This document shows positions 19,201 through 27,342 of a stretch of 64,000 nucleotides of DNA, piece after piece. The position numbers and the translations under genes were made by a program. How positions within the stretch are numbered: the first letter of the stretch is position 1; the number at the start of each line of letters is the position of its first letter. This DNA comes from an uncultured bacterium (GTDB lineage Bacteria; Verrucomicrobiota; Kiritimatiellia; RFP12; UBA1067): assembly GCA_900547945.1 (NCBI GenBank), contig URIT01000004.1, forward strand, positions 147 to 64,146, given 5' to 3'. The notes beneath the pieces are model-generated. The model was not told the origin of the DNA and did no database searches. It saw nothing but the letters and a program-made list of their open reading frames with translations.

Positions 19201-19979
19201 GCGAGCCGCACATCCTCATCGCGACGTTCGACACGGACGCGGGCGTCGGACACGTCCAGGTGGACGGCGTGGGCGTGCCGGAAAGGCAGCAGGCGTGTTC
19301 GCCCGCCACGCCGCGCGAGGCGATGCGCGTCCTGATCGGTTCGATGAACGGCGATGCGTTCTTCCAGGGCGACATCGCGGCCTTCCGCCTCTACGGCCGG
19401 GTCCTCTCGGAGGCCGAGAAGCAGGCGCTGCTCGACGGCTGGACGGACCGCTTCGCCGTACCGCCGGCACCCCGTTCCGCCCACGCGGCCTTCGCGTCGG
19501 GCCGGCTCGGTCTCGGTGCGACGAACATCGCCGTCGCCGCCGGCGCGGCGCTCGTGCTGCCCGTCGCCGAGAGGGCGCCGTTTACCCTGAAGGACGGCCA
19601 GCGGCTCACGGTGGCGGGCACGGTGAAGGGGACGCTCGGCGTCGGTGCGGGCGGCGTCCTCGACTTCGCCGTCGCACGGCCGACGGCGTTCGACGATTTG
19701 TGGCTGCGGAGCGGCGGGACGGTGCGGGCGAGCCTCGGGCAAGCCGCGCCCGTCGCACTGGGGACGTTCCGCGCGGAGGGCCGTCCCGTCCTTGAACTCG
19801 TCGACGTTCCGGCGAGGATGCCGGCCACATTCACGCTCTTCACCTACGCGGGCGACGCGGCACTTGCCGAGGGGTTGGATTGGGCACTGAAGGGTGCATC
19901 GCCCGCCTCGCGCGTCGTCGTCGAGGACGGCCGCGTGATGGTGCGCACCGCCATTGGCACGACCGTGATTTTCAGATAG
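16233..19979 (+). CDS. Giant exported protein: autotransporter-associated beta-strand repeats + two LamG/ConA-like domains
   Basis: Signal peptide. Repeats of type GSGTLTVLDGTRHRGRIDVKAGALKL. LamG-type blocks (NWTVCVVLKT...VVFYSLDADGTRTLVVDGE; AWTVAMVFRT...ILIATFD...VQVDG). Ends in GTTVIFR. Confidence 0.75.
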   Translation: MKNVKMTVAAVWAWALVSGALAGRVATFTGAVSTDLSVGGNWDGGTVPGDDAVAVVDFAKLRDATAVTNSADLALAGLVLTNLPPNATLWGTNAQTAARTTLTLGASGLRTHRLPGAASNLTVNVHLATAANQAWLFADEKSVTFNGTISGTAYLAMTNDCYLTHNVPPNYGGTIRYGSRNRNTFNCVQLRQKGPWAQDVEMGHGRLELCFGGPADWAEIFPKRLVRLEEDAMLLATFPGPAHVAFNDGDTFSGASARQGWLVLDTGSFTQNGGAVTSQVQVGFSSNPSLYAMKRGFIRTGQLALGHGASTHWATNQEFRLTGGTVEADEVSIAYRANGAPASHVDLAVEGGTLTASGNGIVLVRNRRDANWAVDIPSASASFRQTGGTVRTSQIAFGPLAGDSAASSTFLTNAWASVALDGGLLDIGARGFNLNAARWNVAADGSAAGNARYRVSLKSGTLAASAPFTSELDFVIPSNTVPLTVDTREHDVTFAAPLWGSGAIEKSGSGTLTVLDGTRHRGRIDVKAGALKLMGAASADDTVDGETCWLWRADDAVRDLDDGAEIETWPDTTGARSAVYDGISKNGEAVTKPTVERNAFNGHAGVAFNQSALKVAADLNPLAGATNWTVCVVLKTSEKGLGSGPPWYLARGVLGREEAGVVNDWGLVFDQNGHFGAGLGVKGGRDSCLFAQRANAADGVPHVVFYSLDADGTRTLVVDGEVRRDTVALDAGTKSPRNKADIYFGVQNIGDNGPKHFAFIGTIAEIRFYPDKALTPGERAGLGATLAAKYGASSDVGGTGADDALKGELAQTATEAPMPDDGATAWDAASLATLDDGAAVESWSSLNGARVADLATGRLRMTGTADLATAENGGIQAPRLVKGALNGHPVVRFNGSAALGIPAADSPVSGRTAWTVAMVFRTGDTDHPGTDRQFFRGRALFGAELPGVDRADWGVTFWNERGRILAGYGGRNAGKRDHNFANRARDLNDGEPHILIATFDTDAGVGHVQVDGVGVPERQQACSPATPREAMRVLIGSMNGDAFFQGDIAAFRLYGRVLSEAEKQALLDGWTDRFAVPPAPRSAHAAFASGRLGLGATNIAVAAGAALVLPVAERAPFTLKDGQRLTVAGTVKGTLGVGAGGVLDFAVARPTAFDDLWLRSGGTVRASLGQAAPVALGTFRAEGRPVLELVDVPARMPATFTLFTYAGDAALAEGLDWALKGASPASRVVVEDGRVMVRTAIGTTVIFR

Positions 19980-20048
19980 GCCACGGGTACGGGCGATTCA
20001 ACCACTTAACGTCGCGCAGCGGCGACTTAATTCATCCGCATCCCTTCG

Positions 20049-20078
20049 TTGCGTCGGGCGGCGGGGATGTGGTAGAAT
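20049..20078 (+). promoter_or_regulatory. Promoter TTGCGT-N18-(TGg)TAGAAT
   Basis: The -10 ends 9 nt before ATG 20088 with no SD in between, so the leader is predicted to be very short or absent. Confidence 0.55.
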
Positions 20079-20087
20079 GCAGGCATC

Positions 20088-20855
20088 ATGAAACATCTCA
20101 CCATCCTTGCATGCAGTGCCCTCCTCGCCGGAATGGCGTGTGCGGCTTCCGCGAAGCGCGTCGTCTTCCTGGGGGACTCGATTACGGACAAATGCCACGT
20201 CGGCTGTAAGACGAACTACTGGGGGTTCCTCGGCGAACGCTACGGCTTCACGCCGCGCGTCTACGGCGTCAACGGCCAGCAGATGAGCCATATTGTCGCC
20301 CAGGCGAAGAAGGCCAAGGCCGATCTTCCCGAGGGGGCGGACGTCGTGTTCGTCTTCGCGGGCACGAACGACTTCAATGGCGGCGTTCCGCTCGGCGACT
20401 GGTACACCTTCGGCGAGGAGACGGTGAACAAGAACGGCGCCGAGGTCAGGCTGCGCAAGCGGACGTTCTGCTTCGACGCGGGCACGTTCCGGGGACGCAT
20501 CAACCTCGCGCTCTCCTATCTGCGGGAGAACTTCCCCCAGGCGTGGATCGTCCTCCTCACGCCCGTCCACCGGGGGTATGCGTCGTTCGGGCCGAAGAAC
20601 GTGCAGCCGGACGAGTCATATGCGAACGGGCGCGGTCTCTTCCTCGACGACTACGTGGCGGCGGTCAAGGAGGCGGGGAACGTCTGGGCGGTGAAGGTGG
20701 TGGACCTCCACGCGGTGTCGGGCCTCTTCCCGAACGTCCGCGCGCAGGATGCGTGGATCAGCAACCCGAAGACGGACCGCCTGCATCCGTCCACCGCCGG
20801 CCATGCGCGTATGGCCGAGGCGATCGCGCTCGAAGTCGGCGATCTGCTGAAGTAG
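20088..20855 (+). CDS. Exported SGNH/GDSL hydrolase
   Basis: Signal peptide, VVFLGDSITD block I, GTND block III, DRLHPSTAGH block V. Confidence 0.8.
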   Translation: MKHLTILACSALLAGMACAASAKRVVFLGDSITDKCHVGCKTNYWGFLGERYGFTPRVYGVNGQQMSHIVAQAKKAKADLPEGADVVFVFAGTNDFNGGVPLGDWYTFGEETVNKNGAEVRLRKRTFCFDAGTFRGRINLALSYLRENFPQAWIVLLTPVHRGYASFGPKNVQPDESYANGRGLFLDDYVAAVKEAGNVWAVKVVDLHAVSGLFPNVRAQDAWISNPKTDRLHPSTAGHARMAEAIALEVGDLLK

Positions 20856-20888
20856 GGCATTCCGTCCATGACGGTGGTTTTATGCGGA

Positions 20889-20906
20889 AACCGTTATATA
20901 ACGGTT
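20889..20906. promoter_or_regulatory. Perfect 18-bp palindrome AACCGTTATATAACGGTT (candidate operator, copy 1)
   Basis: Identical copy at 30592-30609. Both lie exactly 23 nt upstream of a TGnTAGAAT -10 element. Confidence 0.65.
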
Positions 20907-20926
20907 CCCGCAATTTCTTTTCGGTT

Positions 20927-20935
20927 TGCTAGAAT
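20927..20935 (+). promoter_or_regulatory. Extended -10 element TGCTAGAAT (regulator gene)
   Basis: Ends 8 nt before ATG 20944 with no SD, so a near-leaderless mRNA is predicted. Confidence 0.55.
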
Positions 20936-20943
20936 GCGGACGT

Positions 20944-22095
20944 ATGGCGAAGCCGGACACAAAGTACCTCAAGGCGATTGACGTCCTCCGGGCCGAGATC
21001 CTGGGCGGCAAGTATTCGTCGGCGCACCCGTTTCCGAGCATCATGGGGGTGAGCCGCCGGTTCGCGGTCTCGCGCCCGACGGCCGTCAAGGTCTTCGACC
21101 GCCTGAAGGCGGAGGGACTGGTCTGCACGCGCGCGGGCGCGGGCACGTTCCTCACGAGCGGCGCGCGGTCGCGGCTCGTGGGGCTGATGATCCCCGGCAT
21201 CTCCTACTCGTCCGAGTTCTTCCAGCCGATCGTCGCCTCCCTGCTCAGGGCCGCGCACGTGGCGGACTACACGGTCCTGATGGAGGGCGTCTGGTCGCCC
21301 GACTCGGCCGAGAACGGACGGGAGGCCGTCGAGGTCGCGGCGCGGTTCATCCGGCGCAAGGTGGCGGGCGTCATCTTCCAGCCGCTCGAATATTCGGAAA
21401 ACGCCTCGGCGATCAACGCCCGGACCCTCGCCGCCTTCACGCGGGCCGGGATCCCGGTCGTCCTCTTGGACGGCGACATCGTCACGGCGCCGGCGCGCAG
21501 CCGCTACGATCTCGTGTCGATCGACAACGTCGGGGCCGGGGAGCGGCTGGCCGCGCACCTCATGGACTGCGGGGCGAAGGCGATCCATTTCCTCCTGCGC
21601 GCGAACTGGGTGCATAACGTCCGGAACCGCGCGCTCGGCGTGCGGAACGCCGTCCTCGCGAACGGGCTCCGGTGGCGGCCCTCGAACGTGGTGCTGGCCG
21701 ATCCGCTCGACGTGGAGGCGGTCCGGCGCGTGATGGCGCGGCGTCCGCGCCCCGACGCCTTCGTCTGCGAGAACGACGTATTGGCGGCGCGCCTTTTGAA
21801 GACGCTGACGGCGCTGGGCCACCGCGTGCCGCAGGACGTCCGCCTCGCGGGCTTCGACGACGTCCAGATTGCCCGTCTCTCCTCGCCCGCGCTGACGACG
21901 ATCCGGCAGCCGTGCGACCTGATCGCGCGGACGGCGTTCGACCGGCTGCTCTCCCGGATCGCCCGCCCGCAGCAGGAACCGCTCCATCTCGTGCCCGCGG
22001 CGGAGCTGGTCGTCCGCGAATCGACGTCCGCAACGGCCGGGGCGCGCGGTCCGCAGAACGGGAACGCCAGGGCCCCCAAGGGGAAAAAGACATGA
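20944..22095 (+). CDS. Transcriptional regulator: GntR-type winged HTH fused to a LacI/PBP1-type sugar-binding domain
   Basis: The N-terminus FPSIMGVSRRFAVSRPTAVKVFDRLKAEGLVCTRAGAGTFL is a GntR HTH. The remainder (GLMIPGISYSSEFF...VVLLD...AFVCENDVLA...GFDD) is a periplasmic-binding-protein-like effector domain. Confidence 0.85.
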   Translation: MAKPDTKYLKAIDVLRAEILGGKYSSAHPFPSIMGVSRRFAVSRPTAVKVFDRLKAEGLVCTRAGAGTFLTSGARSRLVGLMIPGISYSSEFFQPIVASLLRAAHVADYTVLMEGVWSPDSAENGREAVEVAARFIRRKVAGVIFQPLEYSENASAINARTLAAFTRAGIPVVLLDGDIVTAPARSRYDLVSIDNVGAGERLAAHLMDCGAKAIHFLLRANWVHNVRNRALGVRNAVLANGLRWRPSNVVLADPLDVEAVRRVMARRPRPDAFVCENDVLAARLLKTLTALGHRVPQDVRLAGFDDVQIARLSSPALTTIRQPCDLIARTAFDRLLSRIARPQQEPLHLVPAAELVVRESTSATAGARGPQNGNARAPKGKKT

Positions 22096-24077
22096 ACGTC
22101 ACCATGCTTTCCGGGAACCTGTCACGCTTCTGCATCCTCGCGGCGGCCCTTGCGGCGAACGCCGGCGGCCCCCGTCTGCTCGTGGCGTACGACGAGGCGA
22201 ACGGCGGCGTGAAGTCGCTCGTCCTCGCCGGCGACACCAACGGCATGAACTGGGTGGAGGGAACCGGCACCTGGGGGACGATCCGGAGCTTTTCGCCGGA
22301 AATCACCTGGGCGACCAAGGACGATGCGTTCTTCAATCCGCCGCTCCTGCGGTTCCTCGGGCGCGTCGAGACCAACGGCACGTCGGTTTCCCGCTATGCG
22401 GACGGCAAGGGGCTGCTGGCGACGGTGACGCGGCGTGTGGCGGGCGGTGTGCTGGACGAGCGCTACGAGTTCGAGAACACCGCCTACGGTCCCCGGTATT
22501 TCCTGAAGGGGCACCTGGGCATCCTCGCGACCTTCAACGACTCCTACCATTCCGCCGACATCTGCAACCGGCTGCGCTGCCACGCACACGTCCACGCGCT
22601 CGGCACGAACGCCTACGTGCATGCGCTGCGCATGTCGCCCGATTCGCCGGAGCTTGTCCTGCGGATGACCGAGGGGGCGCTTGACGGCTATTCGGTGCGG
22701 CGCATCAAGGCCGAGTACTCGAACGACCGGGGCGACATCGTCCTCCATCCGGCGCCCTTCACGCTGAAGCGCGGCGAAAGGCGGGCGTTCGCATGGCGGA
22801 TTGCCGCCGTCGAGGAGGGGACGTTCGTGCCGCCGGTCCGGGTCCGCTACGAGACGTGCTACCCGGGGGAGACGTTCGAGATCACCGATGCGGCGGGTGT
22901 CCGGAAGATCGCGGCGGACAAGCCGGGCGAGAGGGTCGTCGACGGCGTGCGGCTGAATGTCGCCCCGTGCGGACGGGACGAGCTCATCGCGCGGTGCGTC
23001 CGGCACATCGTTCGGAAACAGCAGTGCCTCGACCGTGAGAGCCCGCTCTACGGGGCGTTTCTCATCTACGACGGCGCGTCCGGGCGGCAGTACTTCGACG
23101 ACCGCTTCGGCGACCACAACGCCTGCCGCGAACGGCTCGGCATGGGCCTGCTCATCGCGCGGTGGCTCCAGACGCACGAGGACCGCGAGGTGCGGGAGGC
23201 CTTCGACCGGTACGAGGCGTTCGTCTTCCGCGAGTTCATCGACCGCGACACGGGGATGTCCTACAACACGATCGGGAAGGACCCGTCGGTACGCCGCCTC
23301 TACAACGCGCCGAACTGCGCCATGCTCATGCTGGAACTCTACCGGCTGCACGGGGACCCGTCGTATCTCCGCACGGCGGTCAAGGTGCTGCTGGCGTACT
23401 ACGAGGCCGGCGGCTGGAAGTTCTACGCCAACGGGGCGGGCGCCGTGGCGGCGTCGATCGTCGCGGCGCGGAAGGAGGGGATCGACGTGGCTGAACTGTC
23501 CCGCCAGTACCGGCGCCACGTCGACCGCATCCTGGAGAACGGCATCGACTACCCGCCGCACGAGGTGAAGTTCGAGCAGACGATCGTGACGCCGGCGGTG
23601 GCGCTGCTCGCGCAGTACTGGTTGTTCGTGGAACGGGATCCGAAGGTGCTGGACGGGCTTCGCCGGCAGCTGCGGATGCTCGTGCGGTTCGACGGCGACC
23701 AGCCGGACTGGCGGAGCGGCGGCGTGCCGATCCGGCACTGGGACGGATACTGGTTCGGCGGGAAACGCCTGTACGGCGACACGCTGCACTACCATGCGGG
23801 ACTGTCGGCGAACGGCTATGCGCTCGCCTACCGCGTCTTCGGCGACGACCGGTGGCTGGAGCGTGCCCGCCGGAGCTTCCGCAACTGCCTGGGGCTTTTC
23901 CGTGCGGACGGCTTCGGCACGGCGGCATGGTACCTGCCGGTGACGGTGACGCTGATCGACAGGGGCAACCGCGATCTGTCGTACGCGATGCCCGCCGAGG
24001 GACCGGACCCGTGGGACAACGACCAGTACACGGTGCTGTACTTCATGCTCTGCAACTCCGATCTGCTCGATAAATGA
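22092..24077 (+). CDS. Exported hypothetical protein (possibly a helical-barrel glycoside-hydrolase-like protein)
   Basis: 661 aa. ATGA start/stop overlap with the regulator gene. Signal-like N-terminus. I cannot place the family by motif. Confidence 0.55.
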   Translation: MNVTMLSGNLSRFCILAAALAANAGGPRLLVAYDEANGGVKSLVLAGDTNGMNWVEGTGTWGTIRSFSPEITWATKDDAFFNPPLLRFLGRVETNGTSVSRYADGKGLLATVTRRVAGGVLDERYEFENTAYGPRYFLKGHLGILATFNDSYHSADICNRLRCHAHVHALGTNAYVHALRMSPDSPELVLRMTEGALDGYSVRRIKAEYSNDRGDIVLHPAPFTLKRGERRAFAWRIAAVEEGTFVPPVRVRYETCYPGETFEITDAAGVRKIAADKPGERVVDGVRLNVAPCGRDELIARCVRHIVRKQQCLDRESPLYGAFLIYDGASGRQYFDDRFGDHNACRERLGMGLLIARWLQTHEDREVREAFDRYEAFVFREFIDRDTGMSYNTIGKDPSVRRLYNAPNCAMLMLELYRLHGDPSYLRTAVKVLLAYYEAGGWKFYANGAGAVAASIVAARKEGIDVAELSRQYRRHVDRILENGIDYPPHEVKFEQTIVTPAVALLAQYWLFVERDPKVLDGLRRQLRMLVRFDGDQPDWRSGGVPIRHWDGYWFGGKRLYGDTLHYHAGLSANGYALAYRVFGDDRWLERARRSFRNCLGLFRADGFGTAAWYLPVTVTLIDRGNRDLSYAMPAEGPDPWDNDQYTVLYFMLCNSDLLDK

Positions 24078-24088
24078 GAGGGAAAGCG

Positions 24089-26965
24089 ATGAAAGAAAAA
24101 AAATAGAAAAGTCGTTGTTCTGACGAAGAACGGGGCCAGGGTACTGGGGCTGCTCTTCTGGATGGGAGTCGCCGTCTGTTCGGGCGGGACGGTGAAGTGG
24201 TCGGGCGCGGGGGACGGTTCCCGCTGGTCCGATCTGGCCAATTGGGTGGACGGCGGAACAGTTGATTTCGCCAAGGCGCACGTCTACGACCTCTCGGCTG
24301 CGGAGGACGGCGCGAACCTGGTCAACGACAAGGTGTCGTCCATCGGGGGCTTTGTGCTGGGGGCCGGACAGGGGACGGTGACGTTGTCGTCGACGGTGGC
24401 GGCATCGGCTTTGCACGGAACCTGGACGATTCCCGCTTCGACGACGTTCGTGCTCAAACAGGTCTATCGGGGCATGTGGTCGGATTATGGCACGACGACC
24501 GTTTCCGGCGGCGGGACGCTGCGGCTTGACGCGGCGGATTTCCAGTCGGCGAACCGTGCGTGGAACATCGAGGGCGGCACGGTTGTCGAACTGGCGCGCG
24601 GTTATCCCGATCTGCTTCTGGCGCAGTTCGTGCTCCGAGGCGGTTCGGTCCTGAGACCTCTGGCCAACGGCACGAAACTGGGCACGCTTGTTGTCGATGC
24701 CACGTCATGTGTCGCGCTCGGCGACAGGACGCTGACCGTCTGCGGCGGGGAGTCCGGTGGCTACACGATGGCCGGTGCCGTCACGGGAACGGGCACGATC
24801 GCGTTCAGCGGCGGAAAGGACATTTCCGCGACCGCCTCCTTCCCGGACTTCACAGGAACCCTGGAGCTGGGGAACGCTTCGCTGGCGTTCGGGGATGGGT
24901 GTTCGCTTGGTCGGGACGCGGCGTTTGTGGCGAAGGACAACGGCATCCTGGCCCTTGGCGGCGACCAGGTCTTCGGTTCGATTTCGGGTCTCGGGACGAG
25001 CGGCGGCCTGTCGATTCCAGCGGGTGCCGTCGCGACGGTGTCGGGCGCGAAGGCTGCGTCGAACGGAACGATGCTCTTCAGGGCGGCCATTCGGGGCGAA
25101 GGCGGTCTGACGCTTGACGCACCGGGCAGGACGCTGGTTCTGAACGGCGTCAACGGCTACCGTGGACCGACCCATGTCGCCGCCGGCACGCTAACGCTGC
25201 GCAACGACCGGCGCACGTGTTTTCCGGACGGTCTCGTCGCCCGCTATTCGTTCGATGGCGCATTCCTGGGGGATTCGAGCCCGACCCGTGTCTTCGGTCG
25301 TCGCGGGATCTCCCGCTTTCGGGGCGTGTCCCGTTTACGGTTTCCCTGTGGATCCGTCCGACCCAGGCGGCATCGGACGCGGGGGTGATTGTGGTTGGTG
25401 CGCCGAAGCAGTCCGATGCACGGTTCGGCATGGCGATGGTGGAGGGCCGTTCGGAAATCATGAACGTCAGCGGTTTTGGCTATGTCGGCCTCGGAGGGAG
25501 CCAGACCGGGACGTGGTGTCATCTCGCTCTTGTGCAGGCGGCCGATGGGTCGCGGAAATTCTACGTGAACAAGGCGCTGAAGGACACGAAGGCGGCGGGG
25601 ACGGAATCCGATCTCGTTTCGCAGCCGCTCGTCCTCGGCGATTTCGTGGAAGGATCGTGGGGGGCCTCCTTCGACGGGGACATGGACGAGGTTCTGGTCT
25701 TTGACCGCGAACTGTCCGCAGACGAGATCGAAGGCCTGTACGACAATCCCCTCCAGGCGACGGCGGATGTCCGCGTCCCGGAGCCCGTTGTGCATTGGGC
25801 GTTCGACGAGGCGGCGACACCCGGCCGTGACGCCAAGGCGGTTCTCGATCTGGAGGCCCGGGGCCCCGTGGACATTGCGTCGACCGACCATACGTGGGGG
25901 AGCGCGTACAGGAGCCTGTCGGACGCGGCGGGTTTTCTTTCCTACGCAGGTGCGTTCCCGGCGGCATTCCCGGTGGGGCGGCATTCCTTCTCCGTGTCGA
26001 TCCGGATGGCGGTCGGCGGGGGTACGGAGGGTGTTGCGCCATTTGCGTTCGGCGACCTTTCAAGGGCGAATGCCTTTTTCAGGATCGGCGTCAACGCGCA
26101 TCCCTCCCGCGTGGGCGTTACGGTGACGCAGGCCGGTGTCGCCAATAAGTTCGATACCTACGCGAGTGGGCCAGACCACGCGCATGCGCTTGAAGAGGCG
26201 AGTTCGCTTTCGCATTACGTCTTCACCTATGATGCCGACCATCGGTTGCTCGTCGGCTACCGTGACGGCGTCAAGACCGTCTCCAAGACCGATGTCGACG
26301 TGGAGCTTCCGGCCAGCGGGAGCGTCTTCGTGGGGTATCGGCCCGATGCGCTGGACACGCGCCGGTTCCAGGGGCTTGTGGACGACGTTCAGGTCTTTGA
26401 CGGCGCGCTGTCGGAGGAGGAGGTTCTGTTGCTTACCCGCAAGCTGCACTTTGGCGACGGGGTGCGTGCGGGTCGGGCGACGGCGCCGGATTCACCGGTA
26501 TGCGTCGAGGAGGGGGCGACACTTCGGTTCGAGGGGCCCGGGCACACAGTCGGCTCGTTGTCGGGCGCGGGCCGTGTCGAACTCGCCAACGGGGCGTCCG
26601 TTGTCCTCTCGGCGGTCGATGCGTTCACCGGTACGTTCTCCGGGGAAGGGGCGCTTGCACTTGCCGACGGGTGCGTCCTCTCCGTCGATGCGAAGCGTCC
26701 CGACCTTCCGGTGGCGGACATCTCGCGCGTTACCGCCTTGCCGTCCCACGCCGTTGTCCGTATTGCCGATGACAAGGAGGGGTTGCTGAAGACGTTGGCG
26801 CGTGCGCGGGTGTTCACGGTCCTACGGGCAAACGGGTTTGAAGACGTGGAGGCCCTGTCAACATGGACGGTTCCGTTTGCGGCGCCGGGAAGCTATCGGT
26901 TTGAGGTTGAGGATGGTTGCGTTCTGCTGAAGTTCCGTCTTGGGTTCTGCATCATCGTGAAGTGA
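24089..26965 (+). pseudogene. Beta-strand-repeat + LamG exported protein interrupted by two frame breaks (A8 tract at 24096-24103; a second shift between ~25270 and ~25320)
   Basis: ORF 24162-25388 ends in ...LVARYSFDGAFLGDSS, then nonsense. The motif continues in ORF 25217-26965 as ...LPLSGRVPFTVSLWIRPTQ (the canonical start of a LamG_3 domain). Ends in GFCIIVK. Confidence 0.65.
24096..24103 (+). repeat. A8 homopolymer inside the first codons of a putative exported-protein gene
   Basis: ATG 24089 (GAGAGGGA RBS upstream) reads MKEKK-stop. With A7 it would read MKEKNRKVVVLTKNGARVLGLLFWMGVAVCSGG... into the 24162 ORF. Confidence 0.8.
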
Positions 26966-27021
26966 GGCGTCCGTCCTTGGCCTCCGAGGCGGCAGGCTCC
27001 ACAGCGCCACGCGCCGGGGGC

Positions 27022-27176
27022 GGGAGGGGCGCGCTCCTGCGCGACCGGGGGTGGGCGCGGACGCGACGGAGCGCGTCCCTCTTGGGGTGGACCGGCGGTG
27101 TGGGGGCGGACGCGACAAGCGCGTCCCTCCCGTGCGGCGTCGTCGTGGTCGCGGACGCGACAAGCGCGTCCCTCCC
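27022..27176. repeat. Cluster of four REP-like hairpin elements (27022-27046 forward; 27059-27081, 27108-27131, 27153-27176 reverse), the last two within a 45-bp tandem repeat
   Basis: GGGAGGGGCGCGCTCCTGCGCGACC, then 3x GGACGCGAC(A/G)(A/G)(G/A)GCGCGTCCCTC(CC). Read directly. Confidence 0.8.
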
Positions 27177-27305
27177 GTGTGGCGGCGTCGTGGTCGCGGA
27201 TCCCTCGCCCATTTGGCTATGGCCGTCAATTTTCCTGGTTGAGTCGATTTTGTCTGCCATAGCCGACAGAATCGGCTTTTTGAGATTGTTCGTCGGCTAT
27301 GGAAA

Positions 27306-27314
27306 TGGTAGAAT
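27306..27314 (+). promoter_or_regulatory. Extended -10 element TGGTAGAAT (AAA ATPase gene)
   Basis: Lies 29 nt upstream of ATG 27343. Preceded by 11-bp inverted repeats CCATAGCCGAC / GTCGGCTATGG (27256-27266 / 27291-27301). Confidence 0.5.
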
Positions 27315-27342
27315 GACGTTCGCCCGTTGGAGAACCCTTGAC

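Noticed and set aside
16215-19742. Very long antisense ORFs. These include 16215-19742 (1175 aa), 32654-36265 (1203 aa), 43538-46969 (1143 aa), 2019-3569, 8367-10082, 22122-24416, 28392-30290 and 13813-16155, plus the many overlapping same-strand alternative-frame ORFs.
   Set aside because: Their translations are Arg/Pro/Gly/Ala-rich with no motifs. They lie exactly opposite or overlapping ORFs with clear family signatures. They are the usual shadow ORFs of a high-GC genome, where stop codons are rare.
20862-20881. Short hairpin CCGTC CAT GACGG + TGGTTTT after the SGNH gene, as a terminator
   Set aside because: There is only a 5-bp stem with a 3-nt loop and an interrupted U-run, which is too weak to call.
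27059-27210. Possible CRISPR array (repeated palindromic ~24-nt units with ~21-25-nt spacers)
   Set aside because: There are only 3 units. The 'spacers' are themselves repeated (a 45-bp tandem duplication). The unit belongs to the dispersed GGGAGGG-hairpin family, and there are no cas genes in the window.
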